Shown here piece by piece: positions 1 to 13,100 of a DNA stretch of 64,000 bases. The notes under the pieces are model-generated. The model was not told the DNA's origin, did no database searches, and was given only the letters and a program-made list of their open reading frames with translations. The first letter of the stretch is position 1; every line of letters starts with the position of its first letter. The translations under genes were made by a program, and so were the position numbers. The stretch spans positions 9,486,001 through 9,550,000 of the forward strand of contig OZ004608.1 in the NCBI GenBank assembly GCA_963924565.1, written 5' to 3'. The DNA is from Ascidiella aspersa (taxonomy: Eukaryota).

Positions 1-673
1 TGATAATTTTGAAATAGCGTAGAAAACATTGGGGTTCTTGGTTTACAAAACTACGTCACTTTTTGTAGTGATTTTATTGTTACTATAGTGTCCTATACTT
101 CCAATTAAAAAAAAACATGTATTCGTTACGTTGCTGTTACGACACATAAATTCCATTCGTAGTTATGACAATTATTATCAAGATTGATATGACGTAAAAG
201 TCGTCGTTTGGCCCTAATTAGTATCTTGAGGGGGATACAAGTTGCTGGATAACCAGGTTACAAATAGTGGCGGTGATGAAAAAATGCCAAGAAACGTCGG
301 AATAGTATAAAACGTCAAGTCTCATTTTATCTGGATTGGTCAGAAATGTTTAAACACAAATTTGAATCAACGAACACAATCACTCTTTTATTCGTATTTT
401 TGTTTACATTGTTGTAGCCCTGTTTTAACAACCCTTGCCTTGGATACCATTGCTGAATTACAAGAAACACGGCGCGCAATGTTACAGCCGCGACGCCGAG
501 CCACCCCTGGTTAATGTTTCCCTTTTACCGCGTGAAAGATGACGACATTGCGCCGAAGAACCGCGACAGGGAAAGTCGCTCACGTCACCTGTGGCCCTTA
601 TCCCCCCTTCCCGGGCGCGTTAATATTTTATAACGAGCACAGAAATCGGCGGAGGCGGCGAAACAAAAGGCAC

Positions 674-882
674 CTTTGTCGACGCGACGAGAAACACAGC
701 ACGAGCAGGTGGCCGATAAAGCCGGCGAGGAAAATCGCTCCGAAAACGACCAGGACGGTGATGGCTGTCACTCTGGTTGACTCTGCTACAGCAAGAGAGT
801 CAGCGTCCGCAGTGGATGGTGACCCTTCGCTCGGCCCCGAGTCAAACGGCGAAAGGCTGTAGAAGACCTCCTTGGTATCCAT
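674..882 (-). CDS. First coding exon of a probable class A (rhodopsin-family, peptide-receptor-like) GPCR; remainder presumably left of the window
   Basis: ATG at 882, short Ser/acidic N-terminus, then TM1-like AITVLVVFGAIFLAGFIGHLLVLCF (resembles the F-x-x-I-F-x-x-G-x-x-GN-x-L-V pattern, with H for N), basic SSRRQR and a donor AAG|GTGCCT at 673. Only one TM helix is visible, so the family call is tentative. Confidence 0.55.
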
Positions 883-3800
883 GTTCCTCTGGTGTTTTCT
901 GGCGAAAGAGTGGCGTTATAGTTTGGCTGGTTTGCAATGCCGGTCCTATATAGGCTACTGCATAAAAGCGCCAAGCTCAATTCTAATTAGGACTGAAAAC
1001 AAAATAGTTATAAAAAACAAGAAAGTAGCCTTTGTGCCCTTTTGTCACTCCTTGGATTTTAAAATAACAGCTCAAAGGCCATTTCCTTCCCTTTTTGTTG
1101 AATCATGGTTCCTTTTAATTAACCACACACAAACTCGCGTAATACTACCCCTTGTTAATCGTTTTACCTGTCAGTTTGTTCGATTTTAAAGTGTATGAGG
1201 TCTCATGTAAAATAATGGCACAGAGGTTATGAGTTAAACTATGAATAAACACAGTTTTACACATTGCATTCCTTCTGCCAAGTTAAAACAGGAAATAGGT
1301 GGCAGTCACAATAGGTAAACCAATATTCGAATTTGATGCCTCTCGCAAAACAAAACGGCAGTAAACCTTGTCAGAAAAGCCCTCTCACTGGAAAGGTAAT
1401 GCGATCGTCGTCTGGCTGAGGTGTTCGCGGCACTTTTACAACCTATTTTTACCGGTGACTCAATGTTGTACTTTCGAGTGGACCCATTTTGTTCAAAGGC
1501 GAGCCCAATGAGGTCATGGAAATAAGCCATTGCGGAACTGATCTCTACAAAAGCGCGCCAAACTGAGTCACAAACGATTAATTTCAAAAAGCAAATGGGG
1601 CCTATTAGGATTTGAACACGGAAAGCGACTGACTACTTATAAAACGCAATTTGGATAATCGCCCGAAACGACCTACATTTCTAGATCGCATTTTGACCGT
1701 GAATTGCCCTGTTTTCTTTCCACTTGATTTCAAGCACCCTTTACACTCTCAATGAAACTAGGAATGTGGTTCGCTAAGTTTATAACCTAAGAAAGTCGAA
1801 CGTAAAACCAACCCACATGTCTTGTTTTTTGTTGCTGTTTGTGAGACATTCATTGCAATTTCGAAGAAACAGCAAAAACACACATACACAACTTGAGGTT
1901 ATAATTACACTTACCAATCTTCTTGTAAGGGTATTCCAAGCTCTCTTGTCGTTGGTGTAATCCTCAAATAATCGCCGCTCTCATGCCCAAGTGCTACAGC
2001 AAAACGTTAACAGGCGGATCTAATACCTTGCAAAAACAAAGCACACGTACATAACACGTACGCACATGAGTCTCATGTGAAGACAACTGAAATCGATTGC
2101 CATCCCTCGGCCCTATTCTCATGGCAAATTCTCGCTTTTTACCTTTTCTCTGTACGGTTGGCTGTGAGGGGGCAACCAGTAATTAGCCGGGCAGCAGACA
2201 ACAAACAAGCTTTGAATGAAGCGTTACTTTTGTCAGCTCGCACTTTCGCCGGCCGAACACAAACCGGTAAGTTGATACGCAAACTGTTCTCGACCAAAAT
2301 TCCCTTGTCAGTCTATTAGGTAGCTTTATACGTTCGCTATGACACTCCTAAACAACCTACTGCACCGGTCAAAGTGAATGTTTAAACCAGGGATGGCTAT
2401 CCTATGCTGCATGCACCAACAGGGGCGCATTGGACGATTACAAGTGGCGCAATAAACCACATAGATAAAAAGTGAAATAGCATACTGCTCGAAATAGCTT
2501 AAACACGCCGAATAACAGAAATAACTTTAAAACAGCAATGCTTTTTGTTTGTTTGGCATCTATTACCTATCTACTTGAAACAAAAAAAAGTTTCTGTGCC
2601 GCATCTTCCGTAAAAGTGAAAAATTGGCGTATTGGAACAAATGTTGGCCCTGGTTTAAATTACCTACTTTATGAACGTAAAAATATTATTTACAACTTCA
2701 TTTACAAACTACAGTCTGTTCACTGAAGCCTCTCCACAGCAGGCTCGCTAGACTGTTTTTCAGAAACTGCGGGCAATCATCTTCGGCGAGGCTATTCAGA
2801 AAACCGTTTCACTCACGTTTTCGTTGTCTAAGAAGCCTGCTTTGAAGTTGAACGGCATGAACGCGCACGCAAAGGCGACTGTGCGTTCGCTTATTCGCCG
2901 AACGGGCTAAATCGTGAAAAGCGAAATGGCCAATTTGCACGCCGCCTGTGCTTTCGGGCAAGCGGGAAACGCCTCGCAGCCTTTGCGGTGGCGTTTAACT
3001 GTGGGAAAGCGGAAAAGCAGGCGCCCGGTTTACAAGAAAACGCGCTATTCTGGCCCCGTTAACTTCATCAGACTTAAAAAGCAATCTCCGTTAACAAACA
3101 ATCTAACTGACAGTCACAGAGAATCGTACAAGTAGCTAATACAAACTAACAACTTTAGGCTTTCTGTAGTTGAACAAGTTGCAGCAGGTTTTTGTTTCTA
3201 AGATTACAAGCGACTGCTGTCCGGCTCTACGTTTTTCCTCCCTCGCTCTGTCTGCTCAACGATAAACACGTGCGAAACGGCGAAAAAACTATAAAAAATC
3301 CAGCCCCGCTGAAAAGTCAACAGCGCGGTTTCCTTTCGGAAAGCTGAACCTGCTGCAAAGAAAACAGGCCAAAGCCGCGAGATGGAATCGGCGCGATCAG
3401 AGGACCCTTTCGCAATACGGAAGCGCCAGGCGTAAACTTCCAGGGCCAACTGGTGCTGGACGACAATGGTGGAAGAACAACAACGGCCGTCTTAAGTTTA
3501 CACAGCACCAGGCAACGAAAGACTGCTGCTACTGGAAAGTGAAACCGAACGCCCAGAGACCTCCCCTTTCAGCAGCAGCAGCAGCAGCGGTAATAGCAAC
3601 GGCGGCTACGGGCCACCGGCCGACAGACTGCTGCCACGCTTTTGGCCTGTTCAACATCGCCTTCTTCGTTCGCCCTGGTGTCGTCGGGTCTCAGTGCAAC
3701 TCCCACAACATAGAGCGTAATGGAATATCTTGACGGCGTGCCGCGGATGCCAGAACGCTCGACAATCGCGCGTTTTGCTTCTTGGCCTGTGTAAGCGAGA

Positions 3801-6800
3801 TGTTTCCTTTCCGACTTTGCGTGTCCGATTTCGGGATCGACGCGACGACGGAAAGTAAATATTTTTGCCCGCTGAAGTGAAAGTGCGTCTATTTTTTGGA
3901 AATCAATTTTAGGTGTTGGAAACACCGACAATCTAAGACAAAGTATCGTTTTTATTGCCGCTTGCCTTAAATTGTTTTACTCTTAAAAGAAGAATCCCAA
4001 TAGTATCCTACCGTAAAGTTAATTTTTGGACACTAAAAATAACCTGGTAACAGTAGGCGCATCTGAGGCTAAATTTGCTACAGTATTTTAGGCCCTTGAA
4101 ACTGTGCAATCGAGACTGTAAAACTAGTCAAGGTTTTTTCTCCTTTCTTCAGCGCGAGAGGAACCCTATTTATTTCAGTAACCGGGTACGCAAAAACCCT
4201 GTCCTGTAACTGAAGCCAAGAGCCCGCTTTACATGCGATTTACGCAAGCGTTGCTGCTAATGGCGCATACCACCCTCATTGCAACAACCACAAAAATGTT
4301 TTAGGCTATTATTTTCTCTTCGTTTCCTCTGGTCGGACGTCCTACGGTAGCAGTTAACTGCTGAAATTGTAACGACGTACCTTTCAAGTGTATCTTAATA
4401 GCATTTTGTCTCCCACACATTCCACAATATACGTTTCGCTTCGTTTGTAAGACTTGAGTGACATTCACCCAGAACCATACTAACAGTATGAACAAAACGC
4501 TTTTTCACTTATGTATCAAACTTTGCTTTTTGAAAGCTGACCCTCTTATTTTATTTTTTGGGTATTCTACCAATCTACCTGTCCTCAAAAATAACACGTC
4601 GATCAAAACTTTTGTTCGCAAAGCAAGCAGAAACTTTAAACCCAGCATTTGGTTAACGGCGCGCGGGTAACTTTGTTAACGTCTAAAGTTGCAGCTCGCA
4701 AAAAAAACCGCAGCGATTTCAACAAAATCCGATTGGATTCCGTTAATTCGCGCCCTCGACCGTTGCGCCACAAAGAAGCAACCTGACCCGCCGCGCCCGA
4801 TGGCATCTTTTCAAGTCGCCTTTTCATCAACGGCCAGCTCACGAGGCCGTTATACGCGCTAAAAAAAGCACATAGGGATGGTGAAAAAATAGGCCTGGCC
4901 CTCGCCAATAAGACGGCCCGCGGGTCGAATCAATTAAAACCCAATACCCCTGAAGTCCCATTGTGCTGATTGGCGCTGGATGGGCGAAAGTGCCTTCATT
5001 GTCGGCCCCTGTAAAGTTCGCAGCAAAGGCAGCCAGTCAAGCGCCAGGCGCCTCTATAGGCTTAAAACGTTAGGTGGTCCCGCGGCCATGGGGAATAGAG
5101 CAAACCTCGACGAAACTTGACAGGTTTATTTGCGTCAATGGCGAGGGACAATAGCTAATCAGGATCCGTCGCCCCTGTCCCATTCCTTCCGCCAGACTGC
5201 TCGCTTCCGAAGTGGATGACGCGAAGTGGAGAGGCCTTTTGTGTTCGATGCCTCGACAACCTTTCTGCTTTTCGACTGTAGAGGAGACCTATATCTCGGC
5301 TTCAAGGGAGTGTTTTCGCGGGGCAAACAGTTGCCTTTTGTGTATGCTTTCCGGAAAACGTGCGTTTTTTTTATCAACGTCCGGTTTTCTAACCTGTCTA
5401 AGTGTTTCACCAATGCAATATTTTAGTTTGTTTCGGGATGTGTGCCAGTTTACGCCGTTGATTTTTCATTTTACAAGATCAAAAATGAACCACAGCTCTT
5501 TTAACCTGTCAAAACAACTTTAGATAAAGAACATGCTGGCATTATTAGCTTCGGCGTAACTATAGTACTCTGTTTTCTTAAAAGTGTTTTAGATCCTTTT
5601 TTAACATTTTTGTTACATGTTTAGGATCTGCCTAAATGTTTTGAGTAGAGGGCTAAAGTAACAAAACGCAAAATCGCTGTTTTTACTTCATTTCGTCCAG
5701 CAGAATTTTGCAAACAGATGTGAACTTTCATTGCTTTATTGCACTTGTGATATAGCCATTGAGTTTGCATTATCGATTTGAAGACAAGCTCAAAGAGCAT
5801 GACTGTCCAGTGTCCAGTAACCAATCCTAATCCATAGCGTAGCCAATATTGTGGGACCAGCCCACCACTCTCCTGCCATGTGTACATAATCAGCGGCAGG
5901 CCAACGCGTGAAAGTAGGTTAGGAAAGTCGTTCCGGGTCGGGATTGTTTTTCGATGGGCGCCGTCTGTTAAACTGAGAGTGGTCAAAAAAGTTCATCCCG
6001 CCACAACCTTAACAAAACGGCCTTTGTGCTAATGGGCTGTTTATCTAATTGGCCAGTTTACATACTCATCTTTACAATATTCGGTTTAACAACCAAGATT
6101 TTGTTTTGATTTCAACTCTTTGTCTGTTTGCACAGCATTTGAAAACTGATCAGGGTGGTGTTAAATTGGGCAGATTACCTTTATCTATATAAGGATAGCG
6201 TGAAAAGAAGCTGGTTGATTTTGCGGTGGCCGGGTACTGGTTCAGTAACATTTAACAGCACCGCTCCAATCGTCTTGCAATAACAACCCCCTCTTGGAGT
6301 TTCCCTGGTCCTGGTACAACGCTAATATCACCAGTGCTTGAAAACAAGTCATTTCAAATTGAACTCTGTCTAATACAAGTTAATTGCTTAAAATAAATAC
6401 AATTGAAACGTTTAGTGGCCATATTGTCCAAAATTATTAGGCCACAATTAGCTTAAGCGCTAAAAACGTTAACAAATTTAGTTACCGCCAGTGGTCAACT
6501 TACTATGATGAGATAATTTAATATAGAATCGCTGTTTAGGATAGTAGATTATAGGTAAAATTCCCATATTGATTTGGTATTGCATCGTCACCGATGCAAC
6601 CTTAGTACTGATCAAGTACCGATATAACCACTTGGCATCCGATATCGACTATAATCCAAAGACTAGTCACCTAAAAAAAACAAATGTTAAACTAGTGAAA
6701 TACATAAACTCACTGGATTACTAGAAATATTCGGAGAGCAAACAAAACCAAATAAACGTAAATAAAACGGTTTACGAGTAAAAATCTATTAAAAATAAAC

Positions 6801-9800
6801 GACTGTTTTCAAATTTTATACTTATTGAAAACTATTTTCTTAAGCTGATATCACGGGGTCCTAATTCACTACAACACTGTTTTTGCTACTGTTTTGGCCT
6901 GGCAAGAAAAACGATAAGGAAAGACTAATTTGTTGTCAAGAGAGATAACTTTGTATTTTGTTCTCAAAGGATGCCATAATGCAACAAAAAAAAACATGGG
7001 CACAAAGCATTAACTGGCCAGGGCTTAACGCAATGCTCCCGACCCAAACAAATAAGTTCGTAAATTGTTAAGAGCGCAGTTTTGTCTTCTATAATCTAGT
7101 GAACTCAGTTGAAAGCGCACGCCAACGCGAAACTGTGACGATGGGAGTTGTTTTGTTTCGATCGCGATAGTATCTCGCGCACGTCATCTAGATTGACTTC
7201 ATGCCGTTGGTTCTAAGGTTAGACTGATATTTCCAAACACGGGCGTCACCTTGTTTAGGGTCGGTCGCCTCTACAGTTAGGCCTACCCTGTTTCTTGCAC
7301 TGCGCGTGGGATAAGTCTCTATAACGTTTAACATTGCGCCACTAAACATGTGGTAAACACGCTGTTCCAAGACGACACGCATGTTTGAACAGCGTACACG
7401 GCGGTCGGCGGTTGATTTCGGAACCAGATCCCTGGGGAGCAGCTATGTGCGCATCCATATACGGAAGCTGCACGCTCACCTGTCGACTGCGAAAAGTGTT
7501 TACGTACTCTTGTTCTTTATTGGATTGATTCTATCACAATAAAAACATGCCCTCGAGTCCGTGAGTGTTATGTGGAACGATTTAGGTTGACATTCAAAGA
7601 ATAGTTGCACCTGGAGAGTACAGAGTGCTGATGACATACATGCGATTTGGTCAAGTATAGCCTACAATGTCTGTAAATCCATGATCGTTGTGTCGTTAGT
7701 CTGTTAAAACCAGTGGTTTCCCCTTGGGGGTAGGCCTACGTTAAAGATAAGCCGAATAAAACAAGTCCTGTGTATCGATCTCAAAGAGCTGTTTTTTTAA
7801 TATGGACTTATAAATCATTATAAAGTTGGCCAGGAATGTGATATGCATGTTCCTTTCAACATTTGGAAAAGCACAGGTTTATACAAGAAATATGTCCACG
7901 TTCAGCCTCTAATGGATAAAGTAACTGGCATTTTATACCCAACTCAAAGAGCGACCGGTCACTTTTTCTTTACCCTGTAGCAGAGGTAAGTTAATCGGGT
8001 TGAAGAATCGGAGCCGGCTGCCTAAAATTCGGTCTTTAAAGCTGACCAACAGTCGTTCGAAACGCGAAGTTGAAAAATAGAGCCTCGAACTCTTTGGTGA
8101 GGTCCCTTGAAAAAGCGCCTTGTTTCTTGGACTTAGTCGAGTTGGCGAACGGCGCCATTAATTATGCAACGAGCGGCGAAAAAAGAGAGAGGCCGCCTTC
8201 AATTATGGATGGCGAGATAAACTCCCATTTACCCGCTGACGGAAAAGCACAGAAACGTGCACCTCGACCACGAATAGCGATGGAGTCACGCGTTCTTCTT
8301 TACTGTCAGATCCGCTTCAGGTTCGTCGAATGATAAATTGATTGCATCCCCTGGTCTAATTGGGGACTCCTGAGACCTTTTACGTATAAAAGTTTAGGCG
8401 CTAAAAATGCAGGAACAACCTAATAGTTTTACTAGGGTTATACTTACTCGACTTGTTGTAGTGGAGATGTTTAGTAAATGTCAGAAAAACGTGGTTTTCG
8501 GCTAATGGCTTGTATAAACACATAATTGCAGCACGCTTGCTTTGATTTTTTCGGAGCTTATAGAAATACCTAAACCCTTGCACTCCTTGCAGTATAAAAT
8601 AAACTTCTGCGTTTTGTGTAAATAAATTTCTCTATTTGGCCAATGGCAAAGGTTAAATATTTTTGAAATTGCGACTGCCCCCGAGTGGACTGGTTGTAAA
8701 TAAGTCAACAAAATCGTATTCACAGGACGTAGCAAACCACGCTTATTATGAACTACCACTAAACCTTAACGAACAACTACTGGTTAGTAACAAGCATTAG
8801 ACGTCAACTTGATGTGGATTTTGTGTAAACATATATACACAACACAAATTAAAGCATTTAACGGCACTTTGAAAACACTTATTGCATATAAAATAAATTT
8901 GAAGATTTTTTAAAGACTTTTTAAAAATATCGGGTTTTTCAAAGACTATAAGTAATTATGATTAATGCCATGGTGAACACAAAAAAAAACAGTTAAAAAT
9001 ATTTTTTGTAACCGGTGTTACTTAACACGTAACTTAAAACCGCATATAAAATAAATTCAAAGACGTTTGGAAAAAATGTTTTTTCAAAGACTTGTCAATA
9101 TCTAAATCAATTCAAAGACATTAAAAAACTCAAAGACTTAGTGGCAACCCAGTACAATGTGTGTGTACTTGCAGATTGATCTTACGAAAACGACTTCGCT
9201 TCTCACAAGCCTTCCATATCCATTACAGCACTAAACTCTGCGTTGACGATTTTTTAAAACAAAAGTCGGGTTTTATCAAAAAAAATGATTTATTGTCGAA
9301 CGGTTTGAAGAAGGCGGAAGTGAAACAAAACAACATCTTGCAATAGAATCTCCGCGAAAGGCAACTTTGGCGAAAGTGAAAATATGGACACAACTTGCTG
9401 AAATCAGTAGACGTTACAGAAAAGAACACGAACCTTAAAAAATACAGAAAATACACACGAACAACGCTTCTGCATAATACGACACAAATATTATTTAAGG
9501 TGGCCTCGTAAACCGGACAACCGTTTTTCGTTCGCATTTGCCCCCAAATCCACAAAAAATAGTGGAAAACACAAAAACGACAACCGGTTGCTTTGAAAGC
9601 CGCTATGCGAACGTGGCAATATGATTTTCACAGTAAAAAATCTAGAGAGTGGTGAACTGAGGACGTAGTTATTCGTCGAGTGTTCTAAAAGATTAGAACT
9701 AACTGGCGTAATTAAAAAAAACAGCCACACCTTGTACAGACCAATGACTCTTTAATTTTTGAATTTCATACTAACCCTTTCAAAAGGGTTTCATTGGCGT

Positions 9801-10112
9801 TATAAATAATTTTGGGAACGATATTCTTTACCATTTTTTATTGTTTACTAGCAAAAATAAGTTTACAAGCCTTCAAATTATTTAACATTTTAATGAAGAT
9901 TACGTTACAAGGTAGTAAGTTAATATTGTTTTTTCTTTGCCTTATTAATTCCCGGAGCAATTTGTTCTTAAACATGGGAGCAAAGTAAACAATCACAAAC
10001 TTCCCTCAAGGGGTAGACACGGGGCAGTTTAAAGAACCACCGACGTGGACTCAAAGGCATTGCAAAGTAAAAAAAAATCACATAAAAAAACAAATCTGCC
10101 TGAAAAAAAATG

Positions 10113-13100
10113 CTACCAGCGACGAAGCCGCGTATTCACGATTTCGTACAGCTCTACCGGGTCGCTCTCGCCATTTCCCAGACCCCGCCTACATTTCTTT
10201 TCCAGCACCAGTTCCACGTGCGGGGAGTCCCCTTGCTGCTGCGGGTCGGAGTCGATCAGCCGCACGAGGTCGCTGTCGACCGTGGCGCGCAAATCCGGGT
10301 CGGCGAGGTATTCGCGCGGGGAAATCCCGTGGAAGAATTCGACCTGGCAGTAGGGTGAATGAAAGGAGTGATTCACTCTATTGGTTTTATATAAATGAAT
10401 GAGAAAATGAAAAAAAAACTCTGGTATACCGATAGCTTAGAATTCCAAAACTGATTAATTTTAAGTGATCCAAACCATATTCCAGAAATGTATTATTGTG
10501 CAAATGTACATTTTTCGAAATAAAAAACTCTTGTTTTTGAACAACTTTATTTTAGTAGTTTTATTTTATTTTCAACAACTTTATTTTACTCCGGTATTTT
10601 TTTTACCAGAATGTTTTTTGACTAAACAATAATTCGTTTAAAGTCACTATACGCATGAAAATTGGCTTTTAACAGTCTCAAGCATAAAAATGTTCAGTTA
10701 CGAGACTATGTCGTATATGTTATTTCGGCACCTTCTATCAAAAAATGGCATCGGTTAGAACGGCCTTTCGCAGTATCACAAAATTCTCATCGGACAAACA
10801 CTAAAAAAATAAAATACGAACTATAGGACATCACTAGCGGCGGGCATTACAAAACCATCCTACGGTAATATTCCTCACTCAACTTACCATCGATGAGCAA
10901 AAATCTGTTTTTTTAAATATCCAAAACATAAACTAGAAATGTACGTACATCTTTCTAATTATATTCGATAAGAAAATGTTAAAACACACTAGCTCTAGCT
11001 TATAAATCGTAAAACTTTTTTTTTTTTTTTGATAGATCAAAACCTATATCAGAAATTTAGGAACATCTTTCTATTTTTTTCCTCTAAATAAAAAAAACGT
11101 TTTGGAACCAATTTATTTCAGTATTTTAAATAGAAGGTTTTTTGATTAAACTATAATTCATTTACAGTGACTACCAGACTTGCAGGGGTTAATTTTAAAA
11201 ATAAATTTAACACTTTCAAGCATAGAAATGTTCAATTACGAGACTATTCCATTTTTGTTATTTCGCCACCTTCTATCAAAAAATGGCATTGGTTAGAGCG
11301 GCCTGCCGCAATATGATAAAACTCTCAGCGGGTAAACACTAAATAAACGAAATGGGAAGTATAGGACATCACTAGCGCCGGGCATCACAAAACCAGAAAA
11401 ATACATACAGTAATATCCCGCACTCAACTCACCGCAGACGAGCCTTTTACGCAGGCTTCCAGCTCCGTCGAATCGTCGTCGGCGAACGTAAACGTGACGT
11501 AATAGTGGAGCAGCAGCAGGGGACACGACAGGGCCTGTAGGGGCTTCCCCGGCACGAAGGTGGCCGCTTCCTCGCTGAGCGAAGGAATCGCAACCGTTCT
11601 CACGCAACCAGGTGAACTGAAAGTAAATAGGCGAACGTGAGGGTTTACATTGCGCTAAAATATAGTTGCTTGTGTGCATATCTGCTGCTATTATATTACT
11701 ATTTTTAATAGCGGTTAAGCTGGTAGAGCAGCGGTCCTGCTATGGCTGGCCCGTGTTTGCGGGTTTAGATGTTTCTATAGTTGGTCTGCTTTTTGCACGG
11801 AAATCCGAAATGACTGATTTCGATAAGACACCTCCTCATCCAAAAACATCTTTTGCTTAATAATGTCGGCGTAGGACACTTGGTATACTAGCGATATGTG
11901 TGCACTTTACCCTTTGTCAGTGACCAGTCCTTAAAATTAAACAGCTAATAGGTATTAAGAACAGCAGTATGTCAATTTGACACTCTGGAAGCAACTTTGC
12001 ACGACAATGCGAATCTCAAAACCGAAGTGCATTTTGTATCACGAAATAAGTTTACTTAGCAAATGTATCCCAAAGTTTTATCTCAATCCCAATATGGGAC
12101 AACATATTTCTATTTTAAAGAACATACGCGTTGGCAAACCTCTTGCACTGAAGCTATCATGCCAAACAACCACCAACATTATTGGCACAAGAAGTAACCC
12201 ACCAATAGTAATAAATACCCCCTTGGAATGCGACGGGGGGTAGACTTGATGACGTCAGCTGCGCCCTGGTGATGACGCGTACGACGCGGTTGTAGTCACG
12301 TGACAGGGTGGCGAAGCTCTCTGTTCCGTTGGAATCCTACAAGTTAGAATTGGAAAAAAATGGTTTCTTAAGAAATATATTGAGGCTGCCAAGGCCCCTT
12401 ATACGAAAAATTATTAAAATAATTGTACAAAGCACCAAAGGGAGCTGAATTTTAACGTTTCAACTTGGTCGGAGAAACGAATGTGCTTTAAAATACTCCA
12501 AACACAATGTAAGGCTCTTTCTCAAGCACAACTCTATTAAGGCCGACTACTGCATTGTAGACAAAACATCTTGTTAATATATACTGCATATACGTGTGTT
12601 AAAGCCGCATAACTGCATCAAAACATTAAACTTCATTTAGTCTGTTCATAATAAAATTTAATGTCTCAAATAAAGAGTTATAAGAGAAAGCTATAAAGAG
12701 TTGAAAACTGCACACAGCGAAGCCGAGTAAATGTGATCTTTGCGCTAACAAATAGACTCACGTAAAAAATAGTGAACTTTTCCCGTTCGGTCTTCCGCTT
12801 GCGCACCAGGTCCTTGCCAACGACCATGGCCTGCCAGTGCGAACCATCGTCGGGATGCTCGTGGGTCGCCATACTACAAGAAAAATACAGAAGCGCTTTT
12901 TTGATAAACGTTTCTCACGGTTTGATTAATTTCGCACTACGTTTTGTACCCCATATCAAGGGGGAGTCACTTATAAAGCATTTAAATAAATTTCGTCAAG
13001 ACAGCCTCGTGCATTAAAGGAAAGTTTGCCAAAAGAATAGGTGTAAAACGATAATGTAGCTTTGGAGCATAAAGTTTGAGGGTTGTAGTGAGTCGTAGCA

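Noticed and set aside
271-300. Hammerhead-like GTGATGAA...GAAACGTCGG
   Set aside because: The core C is missing and neither stem I nor stem II pairs; at most a decayed relic.
3569-3931. 120-aa ORF ending in CCCCC, and other short ORFs in 1-10 kb
   Set aside because: The Cys run comes from a CAG microsatellite; no homology or consistent splice structure.
8041-8068. CTGACCA..CGAAACGCG hammerhead-like string
   Set aside because: The core deviates from CUGANGA and there is no stem I.
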